Of a DNA stretch of 49,676 nt, positions 26,488 to 35,012 are shown in pieces. The notes below the pieces were generated by a model. The model was not told the origin of the DNA. It did not search any database and saw only the letters and a program-made list of their open reading frames with translations. Positions within the stretch are counted from its first letter, which is position 1. Each line of letters starts with the position of its first letter. The stretch comes from an uncultured Candidatus Saccharibacteria bacterium. Lineage in GTDB: Bacteria > Patescibacteriota > Minisyncoccia > JAHIHE01 > JAGLIN01. The position numbers and the translations under genes are program-made. Location: assembly GCA_964503935.1 (NCBI GenBank), contig CAZDCJ010000002.1:1-49676 (forward strand), in the 5' to 3' direction.

Positions 26488-28209
26488 CTAGAAACGGCTG
26501 CTCATGACATCACTTACCGTCTTTACTTCTATGCCCGAAGAACGCAGATAGTCCATGATCTTAGTAAAATGCGAGACACTGTAATCGTATGAATTTACAG
26601 GAGTATTTACGAGAGTATGGAAATTCAGGACGCACCATTCGCCATCATTCTTAGCGCTATCGATCCACTCCTTCACCTCTGCGACTGTCGTCCATTTGTC
26701 GAGACTCTGGCGATTGAGAGAATATCGATTGGCATGACCGAATGGCTGGTTCATCCCGTTGATATTGAAACTGGCCGTGAAGTAATCATCTAATACGCCT
26801 ACCGCTTCATCGTCCAAGGCGCCGTACGGATAAGCATACAGGCCGGAGCCGCGATAGTTTTTCGTGATAAGATAGCTTGAGACTTCGGAAAGTTCAGTCA
26901 CAAGCTGGCTGCCCGTAAGCGTCCGGAGGTCAGTATCACTGTGGCCCGCAATATCCCAGCCGCTATTATGAAGGGCGTCCACCTGCGTCTGGGTAAGATA
27001 TTTCTTAGTTCCGACAAAACTCGGAATGATGAACGCGGTAGCGTCATAACCATACGCGTCCATCAACAGCTTGCCCTTGGTGTAGGAATCCGCCCAGCCG
27101 TCATCGAAGGTGATGCTTACCACACCACTAAAGCCGCTTGTGCCAAAATGCGAGAGCCCGTCGAGTGAGAGATCCGCTGCCGTGCCATTATCTTTGACTT
27201 TGAGAAGCGCGAAATCTACATACGACCAATCAGGCGAGCCATACGCCTCGAAAGCGCTCTGCGGCATCACGACCTCGATCCACTCTCCATTGGCAGGATT
27301 CTGCAATCTGGATCTGATGTCGAAAGTATAGGTGTTGGAGAGCGTATAGCCGTCACTGGAAAGGATCAACGCAGCGGAAGCTATCTTACTCCAGTCCGAG
27401 GATTTTACATACATGCTCACCCCCCTCCCCCCGAGATCAAGCGGCGCGGAGAAAAGTTCCTTGCTTATGCCATTATTGACCGACCGCTGCACGGTGCTCA
27501 CTTTGACCGAACTCTCTCCCACGACCTTGTCAGTAGTCGAGACCGATCCCTCGCCGCCTATGAAATAGTCGTCCCAAGCCGTGTCATCGGCTACCAGGAC
27601 TTTTTCCGTATCGCCGCCGCCCCCGGACGATACTGTCGAATATCCGAAACCGTCCATATAGAGCTCAGCCGCATCAGTGCCGTTATCCTTGATCCGCAGC
27701 AGCGCCAGATCTATATTCGACCAATCAGGCGAGCCATACGCCTCGAAAGCGCTCTGCGGCATCACGACCTCGATCCACTGCCCGTCAACCGGATCAGAGA
27801 GGCTCGCCCTGATATCGAAAGTGTAAGTATCCGTCATAGCATATCCATCGCTGGAAAATAGTATGTTGGCATAGCTTATCTTGCTCCAATCCGGTGACAT
27901 TACGTAAAAACGAGGTTCACTCCCGGTAAGATCGAGAGGCGCGGACAGAAGTTCCTTGCTTATGCCATTATAGACCGACCTCTCGACCGTGTTGATCTTC
28001 ACTGAATTCTGCCCCACCACTTTAGAATCGGTCGAGACCGAACCCTCATTGCCAATATAGTAATTATCCCAAGCCGTATCCTCGGCAACATATGTCGTTT
28101 CCGATTCTGCCGAAGCTGCCGGAATATCGCCCGGGAATACGGATCCCCAGGAGAAAATAAAGACTGCCGATAAGACCAAGGCTTTTTTCAGCCAGATATC
28201 TATCTTCAT
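26488..28209 (-). CDS. Secreted polysaccharide deacetylase (NodB domain) with two tandem ~165-aa N-terminal repeat domains
   Basis: Start taken at M99 of the track ORF (signal peptide MKIDIWLKKALVLSAVFIF). NodB motifs ITFDDGW and GHS. Internal duplication ...SAFEAYGSPDWS... occurs twice. Confidence 0.85.
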   Translation of the reverse strand: MKIDIWLKKALVLSAVFIFSWGSVFPGDIPAASAESETTYVAEDTAWDNYYIGNEGSVSTDSKVVGQNSVKINTVERSVYNGISKELLSAPLDLTGSEPRFYVMSPDWSKISYANILFSSDGYAMTDTYTFDIRASLSDPVDGQWIEVVMPQSAFEAYGSPDWSNIDLALLRIKDNGTDAAELYMDGFGYSTVSSGGGGDTEKVLVADDTAWDDYFIGGEGSVSTTDKVVGESSVKVSTVQRSVNNGISKELFSAPLDLGGRGVSMYVKSSDWSKIASAALILSSDGYTLSNTYTFDIRSRLQNPANGEWIEVVMPQSAFEAYGSPDWSYVDFALLKVKDNGTAADLSLDGLSHFGTSGFSGVVSITFDDGWADSYTKGKLLMDAYGYDATAFIIPSFVGTKKYLTQTQVDALHNSGWDIAGHSDTDLRTLTGSQLVTELSEVSSYLITKNYRGSGLYAYPYGALDDEAVGVLDDYFTASFNINGMNQPFGHANRYSLNRQSLDKWTTVAEVKEWIDSAKNDGEWCVLNFHTLVNTPVNSYDYSVSHFTKIMDYLRSSGIEVKTVSDVMSSRF

Positions 28210-28539
28210 ATTTTTGGCGTTAATTATAAGATCAAAACCATACCTGCTTTCTCCTTTTTCCAAGCATGCATATGACACACAGGAAGATTTGAAAGCGGGG
28301 AAAGATGCGGAAAGGATCATATCGCCTATCCACATCTTTCCCCTTGCAGGATTCAAAGCATCTTTTATCTGCTTTATTTTTATTGGTTTTTCCGGCGGCC
28401 TGACCGGACCGCCCTCAATATGGCATGATTGGTTCTCTTTATCGTTTTTGTCTACGGAATAGTACGGAAAAAGACCAAAGCTCCCCGTTCTTCGTGGCGC
28501 CAAGGATCTTCAATCCGCCTAATTCCTTTCGCTCCAGGA

Positions 28540-28860
28540 TTACGACGATATCGTATCCTGTTCTTTTTGTATGTCTTCCTTTTCCCCTCCGGCATCGTCG
28601 ATCGCAGGGGCACTGATTCCCGTCTTTCGGATATCTTCCCCCGCTTGGGCCGATCCTCTTGCCGATCCCCCCAGGGACCAGTTAAGGACGAGAATGCCGG
28701 GCCTTTCTTTTTGTTTGCGATGTGTCTGATACAAGAGGCGCGACCACTCGCGAAAGAGATAGCACGAAACCATGACGGTCGCGAATAACTGCAGATAGAC
28801 CAATACCCCCTCCACGATGTGTACACCTGTCATCAGATATGTTGCAGAAGCTTCAAGCAC
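28540..28860 (-). CDS. Small membrane protein downstream of the GT2 gene (PgaD/IcaD-like position)
   Basis: GTG start 3 nt after the GT2 stop. Hydrophobic N-terminus GVHIVEGVLVYLQLFATVMVSCYLF. No homology recognised. Confidence 0.35.
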   Translation of the reverse strand: MLEASATYLMTGVHIVEGVLVYLQLFATVMVSCYLFREWSRLLYQTHRKQKERPGILVLNWSLGGSARGSAQAGEDIRKTGISAPAIDDAGGEKEDIQKEQDTISS

Positions 28861-28863
28861 TTT

Positions 28864-30204
28864 TCACCACTCCTGATCCGATCCTGATAGGAATAAGTAA
28901 TAGGCATAAAGCTGCTGTGCGATGGTAAACCATGCGTAGAGGAGCTGCGGCAAAAACGTAACCCGTACAAGATAGTCCCCTCTGCTGATATCCTGTACGA
29001 ACCGCAAAGAGTAGAGGCAGTCGACATACATCAACGTCATGACCACTAAGACCATCCAGCCGAGATGGAAGACCCCCAGCCACACATCCAGCAGGGCATA
29101 CCCCAACAAGAGCCCCTGGATCATGAGCATGATCCAGAAAAACCATGCATTGAGGATATCCCCCCGAGTAGTCTCATTCCAACCGTGCTGCCAAAGAGTA
29201 TCCAGTCCGCCACGGAGCCATCTTATCCGCTGCGTCCACAGCTCGCTCAGCTTGAGAGGGACCTCTGTCCATGCAAACATCCCGAACCCTGCGGCCACGT
29301 TGAAACCGCATTCCTTCAGAGTCACAGTGAGCTCATAGTCTTCGGTCATATTGTACTGGTCATAGGGAAGACAATCCAGCTTCCCCTGCTCTACCCTTCT
29401 TGCCATGACAGCTTTCACGGCTTTCACTCTGAACATCGCGCACATGCCATGCGTGACTTTTATCCGCCTATGCTGGACTACCCGGCTCCGATCGAACTCC
29501 GCGTACTCCACGTGCTGCTGATGGTAAAGCAGCTTTGCGAACAGGTTATCCGTTTGCTGTCTCATCACCCCCGCCCGCGAGCAGACGGAACCCAGCATGG
29601 AATCCAGCGAGAATTCGATCAGCCCTTCCTCCACCAGATCGGGAGCGATTAAAGTGTCTGCATCCAGGACCAGAACATAATCATATCCATTTATTCCGCT
29701 ACCCAGCTTCCGATAAGCCGCGTTGAGTGCGCCTGCTTTCTTGAACTTATTGCCCTCCGTTTCCATCAGCGTTATCCGACTTTCTCCGATAGCCATATCC
29801 CGGACGATGGCCACCGTATCATCGGTACTGTTATCGCTGACGACGAGGATATCGATCCAAGGATAAGTCTGCGAAAGCAGCGAGTTGATTGTCGCCCTTA
29901 TCCCCCTTTCTTCGTTGTGTGCCGGCACAAGCGCCACCACCCTTGCCCCGCTCCGATTTCCCTTTCCAGTTACTTCATAAAATCTCTTACGTTCCTTTGC
30001 TTTTATATCCAACCCTCCTTTGTTTCCGATATAAAACAAACCACGCCATATCATTACGTATATTACACTATCTTTGCATCCCTGTAAAGGATATGACATC
30101 CTCTGCGATCCTGAAACAGGATCATTGCCAGATAAGGCCAAATATGCTAATATGGTCAGGCTGAAAAAACAGCGAGGAAGATGTATGGAAAAAAACAAAA
30201 GCAC
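28864..30204 (-). CDS. Family-2 glycosyltransferase, PgaC/IcaA-like processive synthase (start uncertain: 30204, 30099 or 30054)
   Basis: ALVPAHNEE, VVSDNSTDDT, LVLDADT and QRIRWLRG (QxxRW). C-terminal TM helices. Confidence 0.85.
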   Translation of the reverse strand: MLLFFSIHLPRCFFSLTILAYLALSGNDPVSGSQRMSYPLQGCKDSVIYVMIWRGLFYIGNKGGLDIKAKERKRFYEVTGKGNRSGARVVALVPAHNEERGIRATINSLLSQTYPWIDILVVSDNSTDDTVAIVRDMAIGESRITLMETEGNKFKKAGALNAAYRKLGSGINGYDYVLVLDADTLIAPDLVEEGLIEFSLDSMLGSVCSRAGVMRQQTDNLFAKLLYHQQHVEYAEFDRSRVVQHRRIKVTHGMCAMFRVKAVKAVMARRVEQGKLDCLPYDQYNMTEDYELTVTLKECGFNVAAGFGMFAWTEVPLKLSELWTQRIRWLRGGLDTLWQHGWNETTRGDILNAWFFWIMLMIQGLLLGYALLDVWLGVFHLGWMVLVVMTLMYVDCLYSLRFVQDISRGDYLVRVTFLPQLLYAWFTIAQQLYAYYLFLSGSDQEW

Positions 30205-30583
30205 AAATATCTATATCCGGACCATCGAAGGCATCGAACAGATTATTTTTGTCGTAATCTTACGCGAGAATAGGTTTTCCTTTTATTGCCTGAGGGAATT
30301 CGAGTGGGAAGAGCGGCTTCTCAAACCTTTCGTCGAAGATATCCCCTTCAGACAGTTCGATGCGGTATTGGATCTATATGAGACGGCAGTCATGAGAAGA
30401 ACGGAGGGATTGTGGACTGTGGTGCAGCATTCTCTCACGAAGAGCCTGCTCCGTCCCAGTCCGCGGGAAGAAAAGGCTATCGAGAAAAAATTATATTATG
30501 AAAGAGGTTTTTTTCCATGTCTTTCGCCCGAAGACGAAAGAATACTGAAGGCTATCAAAAAACTGAAAGACAAAGGAAGGTAA
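30185..30583 (+). CDS. Hypothetical protein (132 aa)
   Basis: ATG at 30185 preceded by SD gaggaag. In frame with track ORF 30074..30583. Confidence 0.5.
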   Translation: MEKNKSTNIYIRTIEGIEQIIFVVILRENRFSFYCLREFEWEERLLKPFVEDIPFRQFDAVLDLYETAVMRRTEGLWTVVQHSLTKSLLRPSPREEKAIEKKLYYERGFFPCLSPEDERILKAIKKLKDKGR

Positions 30584-30677
30584 GACACCTTTTCCTACGC
30601 AAACGCCCCCTTCGGACGTTTGCTATTTTTTCCCGCCAGACATCTCTTTTGCCTTAAAGATAGATTCCTGATCCGAT

Positions 30678-30706
30678 TTTACATAAGACCCTCTTTGTGG
30701 TATCAT
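30678..30706 (+). promoter_or_regulatory. Sigma70-like promoter for the 30739 gene
   Basis: TTTACA-17 nt-TATCAT. Confidence 0.5.
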
Positions 30707-30738
30707 TTAAGCGACTCATTAATCAATAATAAAGCGCA

Positions 30739-31464
30739 ATGGAGAAAAAAATCCTTATGCCACTCGCGATCCTCATCGTGTTGGGCATCGGCATTATCGG
30801 GTATATGCTTACCAAAGAAGATGACCCATCTTCTCAAGAAAATAATCAGGAAATCGAAGTTCCGGTAGATTCAGAGAATGAATTCTACGATGTTCCCGCC
30901 CTGCCGCAGGGATGGAAGACGTATTCCAGTTCTCTGGGTATGTCTTTCCAGTATCCGGAAAAGATAATCAACAAAGGTTCCGGCTGCGAAGACAAGGACG
31001 GATACGTACCGATGAAGATCTTTGAGGATAAGGAAGGTGGAGATCTCTATATCGCCTTCGGATGCTCGGACACGCTGGAAGCCCTGATGGAGGAAAGCGC
31101 GGACAGCAGGAAGCCTGCCTATGGATGGAAGATCGAGACAATGAGCGCCAAGAACGACGGCGACATCGACAGCTTCCTGAAGAGCGCCTACGGACCAGGC
31201 TGCTATGTGGACGGCAAGGAGAAGTGGTTCCAGGAAGGGGTTTTAAGCATCAAGATGACCGGCGAAGACTGGGGCGCGGGAACGGATCTGGGCAATACCA
31301 CTTGTTCCTGGAGTACTCTCTATGACTTGCTTTATATCCCCGCTTCGCAGAAACTTGTCCACATCAACCACGGCCAGGAAGCTACCTTCTGCGGTAGAGA
31401 TGACGGTAACATGGAACCAGAATGCTTCGACGGAGGCATCATCGGCAGCCTGAGATTCAACTAA
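30739..31464 (+). CDS. Membrane-anchored secreted Cys-containing protein, paralog B
   Basis: Homologous to 8942..9784 (GWKTYSSSLGMSFQYPEK, FED, CSDTLEAL, conserved Cys positions). Confidence 0.7.
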   Translation: MEKKILMPLAILIVLGIGIIGYMLTKEDDPSSQENNQEIEVPVDSENEFYDVPALPQGWKTYSSSLGMSFQYPEKIINKGSGCEDKDGYVPMKIFEDKEGGDLYIAFGCSDTLEALMEESADSRKPAYGWKIETMSAKNDGDIDSFLKSAYGPGCYVDGKEKWFQEGVLSIKMTGEDWGAGTDLGNTTCSWSTLYDLLYIPASQKLVHINHGQEATFCGRDDGNMEPECFDGGIIGSLRFN

Positions 31465-31480
31465 GCAAGCAAACGACAAG

Positions 31481-31511
31481 AAAAATACCGCCTCAGACGC
31501 GGTATTTTTTT
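31481..31511. terminator. Bidirectional intrinsic terminator
   Basis: aaaaataccgc-ctcagac-gcggtattttttt. Confidence 0.7.
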
Positions 31512-31542
31512 ATATTCCCCTTCGAATCCGAAAAATAAGGCT

Positions 31543-31887
31543 TTATTCTCCATAATATCTGCATTGCTCCGCGGTCCATGCCGGGACGCTGAAAATGACG
31601 ATAGAAAGATCCCCTTTCCAAAAATATTCATCGCCCTTTTCGATGAGCACCGCGTCGCCGATGGATAGATTTGCCTCGCCTTTCCGGAAACCTGCCTTGC
31701 CATTCCCGCTTATGACGTAAGCGATTTCCTTGCATACTTCATTGACGACAAAGCCGCTTTCAGGATATCTTCCGCTTATCTGCGCCACAGCAATGCCCGC
31801 CACGCTATCGCAGAAGCCGTATTCATGCACCTTGCATCTTCCGCTGTTTGAGCAAAGCGCGCTCTTATTCTTCCGGATAATCTTCAT
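31543..31887 (-). CDS. Cupin-domain protein
   Basis: 114 aa with a beta-barrel-like pattern (..EIAYVISGNG...GDAVLIEKGDEYFW..). Confidence 0.65.
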   Translation of the reverse strand: MKIIRKNKSALCSNSGRCKVHEYGFCDSVAGIAVAQISGRYPESGFVVNEVCKEIAYVISGNGKAGFRKGEANLSIGDAVLIEKGDEYFWKGDLSIVIFSVPAWTAEQCRYYGE

Positions 31888-31894
31888 ATATTCC

Positions 31895-32314
31895 TTATGA
31901 AATCAGACCGTTTGAAACCAGCATTCCCATTACCTCTTCCGGCAATATTTCCTTGCCCGCTAATTCTGACTTATGCACCCAGACGACTTCGAAGCTGCCC
32001 CGATAGCCGGTACCTTCCTGATACTCCGGCCCCGTACCGGTGCCCGGATCTCCCCTCAGTATCCGGCAGTGGAAGATGTGCTGTTCCTGCGATTCGCCGT
32101 CAAGGTCGAAATAGCTCTTCATGAAAAATTCGCCCACTTCGACTTCAACGCCCAATTCCTCCAGGCATTCCCGTCGGAGTGCCGAGACGAGATCCGCATC
32201 GCCATCTTCAACTCCTCCGCCGGGAAAGACCCAATACTCCCGCTCATCTACCACGCGGCGGATGAAGAGATATTTTTCTCCGTCGCTGATTATCGCTCGC
32301 ACCCTTTGTCGCAT
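31895..32314 (-). CDS. NUDIX hydrolase
   Basis: Nudix box PGGGVEDGDADLVSALRRECLEELGVEV. Start taken at M11 of the track ORF. Confidence 0.85.
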   Translation of the reverse strand: MRQRVRAIISDGEKYLFIRRVVDEREYWVFPGGGVEDGDADLVSALRRECLEELGVEVEVGEFFMKSYFDLDGESQEQHIFHCRILRGDPGTGTGPEYQEGTGYRGSFEVVWVHKSELAGKEILPEEVMGMLVSNGLIS

Positions 32315-32579
32315 ATGGATAATTATGATTATTATCTGCGCCACAAGAATCTGTGATCAGACAGGAATTACTATTCCCGATATCAAGACTTGCAATATTT
32401 CTCAGAAACCCTCATTTTGTCATTTCCCGACCAAGCCGAGGACAGCTCGGGCAAGCATCAGGCCGCCCGGAGAGTGGGATCCCTTGAACGATATACGAAG
32501 TATGATAAATATCTCATGGCTGATAGTCTCCATCTGCCGGCCATCCCGAGGCTTCAACGGATAGGGAATTACAGATGAG

Positions 32580-33263
32580 CTAAAAGATATCTTCATCCCA
32601 GCTCCTGCGTCCATCACCCGATAGAGGAATCGGTTCGCCCAGATACTTCGGCCTGGAATTTATCAGCACATCCAGCCACGCTTTGACAATGGCTAATTTT
32701 TCCCGAAAATCCCGCGTCTCCTGCCCGCCGTACGCGTTCCGATCCGTGCTCACGCCTGCCGCGTCCACGCCTAACTTCTCGGCGATATACAAAGCTCGTG
32801 GCAAATGATATGCCTGGGTAACGATTATTACCGATTGCGCCTCGAATACGTCCCGCGCCCGGTAGACGCTGTCATAGGTGTCGAACCCGGCATGATCGAG
32901 GAAGATGTCCTCCGAAGGGATGCCCTTTGCAAGGAGATAATCCCTGGCGGCATTCACCTCATCGTAATCCTGCTGCCCATGATCCCCGCTTACCAGGATT
33001 TTCCTGACTTTTTCCGTTTCGTAGAGTCCGATCGCCGTCTCGACCCGGTCGCGGAACATATCGCTGAGACGGCCGCCTTCGTGCACCTTGGCGCCCAGCA
33101 CTAGCGCAGCCTGCTTTCGCGGAACCGTATCGGCATTACGGATTATCTCTCGTCCGGTCTTCCCGACCGTAAGATTTACCGCGCCCACGATCAGGATTCC
33201 CGCGGTGATAGCCGCAAAGAAGGCCAAAAGGATCCGTTTCAGATATTTCCCGTCCAGTCTCAT
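32580..33263 (-). CDS. SanA/YdcF (DUF218) family membrane-anchored protein
   Basis: N-terminal TM helix. LVLGAKV...LSDMFRDRVETAIGLY....KILVSGDHG...YDEV. is typical of SanA. Confidence 0.8.
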   Translation of the reverse strand: MRLDGKYLKRILLAFFAAITAGILIVGAVNLTVGKTGREIIRNADTVPRKQAALVLGAKVHEGGRLSDMFRDRVETAIGLYETEKVRKILVSGDHGQQDYDEVNAARDYLLAKGIPSEDIFLDHAGFDTYDSVYRARDVFEAQSVIIVTQAYHLPRALYIAEKLGVDAAGVSTDRNAYGGQETRDFREKLAIVKAWLDVLINSRPKYLGEPIPLSGDGRRSWDEDIF

Positions 33264-33286
33264 GTTTTCGCTTGCGGTTTATAACG

Positions 33287-34027
33287 CTATTTAGTGAAAT
33301 TCTCATCTGCCAGGATCCGGACCGTCTCATCCTGGATCCTCTTATAGAGCGGATTTCCGAGAGGAAAATCCGCGTCTTCCCATCGCGCAATCCCGTATTC
33401 CTTGTGCGAGATCACCATGTCGAAAAATCCTTTGGCCTTCCCGTAGTCCCCTTTTGCATAATAGGCGACGGCGCTCAGGAACGCGGGCAGCACTTCCTCG
33501 ACCGCAGTAATATCTCCTACGTACTCTGCATCGAGCAGTACCGGTTCCTGGAGATCGCAAGTCTGCTCAAGGTCATCGTCGAGGATGCTTCGGACGATAC
33601 ACACCTTCGTCGCGGCATTCGTATGGCTCCGCATGTCGATAGCATCTTCGAGCTGCTCGCTTTCCGCCTCAAGGTCCACCTCCGCTTCCTCAAGCCGCGC
33701 GCGCAGATTGTCGTCCTTCCCGCTGACCGCGTCCAGGAGCAGGCTGTCTCCTTCTGTCATCCGGGCGACATTGCGGGTGTTCGCGAAATCAATAAGGATT
33801 TCCCGTACCTTCCCTTCATCGAGCACCTCTTCTGCCTCAGCTTCGATGATAAAGAAATTCTCATCGGTCGGGACATTCTCATCGCCGCCCTTTCGATCCG
33901 CCGTCTTATCATCCGAAACCGTTGCCATGAAGGCAAAGATACCGTATAAAAGGATTGCTCCCGCCACGAAGACCAGAGCCTTGAACGCCGGAGACTCGGA
34001 GAGTCTCTCTTTTTGCCATAACACCAT
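33287..34027 (-). CDS. Hypothetical membrane-anchored acidic protein
   Basis: N-terminal TM helix (FKALVFVAGAILLYGIFAFMA). No family recognised. Confidence 0.55.
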   Translation of the reverse strand: MVLWQKERLSESPAFKALVFVAGAILLYGIFAFMATVSDDKTADRKGGDENVPTDENFFIIEAEAEEVLDEGKVREILIDFANTRNVARMTEGDSLLLDAVSGKDDNLRARLEEAEVDLEAESEQLEDAIDMRSHTNAATKVCIVRSILDDDLEQTCDLQEPVLLDAEYVGDITAVEEVLPAFLSAVAYYAKGDYGKAKGFFDMVISHKEYGIARWEDADFPLGNPLYKRIQDETVRILADENFTK

Positions 34028-34233
34028 GCTTATATCTTATTATTGATTAGATCGGCTTTGCCGACGATACAATGAAATCATGATCCATGCTTGGATTATA
34101 GCATTATTGCATCCGTTTAAGAAGTCTGCGCTAACCGCTCATACTGCCACACAGCTTGCGTCGCGCGGATAAGTCCCCTCGTCTGTCCCGTCCGTTCATC
34201 TAACCCATCAAAAGTCCTTGAGGAACAGGGAAT

Positions 34234-34977
34234 CTATCCCTCATCCCCGTGCGTATTAGTTTCGCGGCTTTTCGCTGTCCTTCTTTTTCTCATGGTTCTG
34301 GCAATTATCCAGCCTGATCCGACAGTAACTAAGACACCCAAAAGGATCAATGATCCGATCAGATTCCAAAAGACCGAGACCATGGGCTTGCCGAAGAATG
34401 CGGTTTTCAGCTGCGGGATCGCCTGTAAAGTATTGAGTGTGTCTTTTGGAGTAAATTCTTCTCTGGTTCCGATCGCAAGGACATATTTTCCCCGATTGTC
34501 CGGATTAAAGACCTCGACAAGGTAAGTCCCCGCCTCGGTCAAGACGCCTTCCGGACTTTTTTCAAGGCTACCGGCCGCATATTCCGGTCCCTCCAGATAA
34601 CTGTCTCCCGCGAACGGTTCGTAAAAACTGCTCCACGCCGCGTCTGCCGCGTCGAGCTCGGCGATCTTTTTGACTCTTTCGGCGACGTTCCCATCCGCGC
34701 CAGGCACATCGTCCTTCTTATAGATTACTGCCGAAAAATCTCTCCTTGCGCCTTCGATATCAGGAACGAGCAGGCCGACATATAACCCGAACTGCTCGTC
34801 TGAATTGATCTCATAGATATGCCTCTCGCCTTCCAGCTCGCCATAGAAAGCCTGGGAGACTTCGGGTTCAGTAACTGCGATTCTCGTACCGGTGACTATG
34901 CGCGGCTAATGAGCCAGAACCGGAGAGCCGCACAAAAAAGACACGAAAATCGCAAGGAAGATCGATGTCTTTCTCAT
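34234..34977 (-). pseudogene. Secreted, C-terminally anchored protein with an in-frame TAG after the signal peptide
   Basis: ATG 34977 gives MRKTSIFLAIFVSFLCGSPVLAH, then TAG (34906-34908), then in-frame PRIVTGTRIAVTEPEVSQAFYGELEGERHIYEI... running into track ORF 34234..34707. C-terminal TM helix plus a basic tail. Confidence 0.55.
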
Positions 34978-35012
34978 ATTTTTTCTTTATGATTTAGCTC
35001 AGGCGTACGCCC

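Noticed and set aside
28210-28503. 98-codon N-terminal extension of the deacetylase ORF
   Set aside because: A canonical signal peptide begins at M99 (ATG 28209), and the upstream part has no coding-like features.
34906-34908. Genome-wide TAG reassignment (for example to Gln)
   Set aside because: TAG ends several conserved genes at their expected C-termini (scpB, mutM, ABC-F, deacetylase, first GT2). The tRNA-Gln seen has the normal CUG anticodon.
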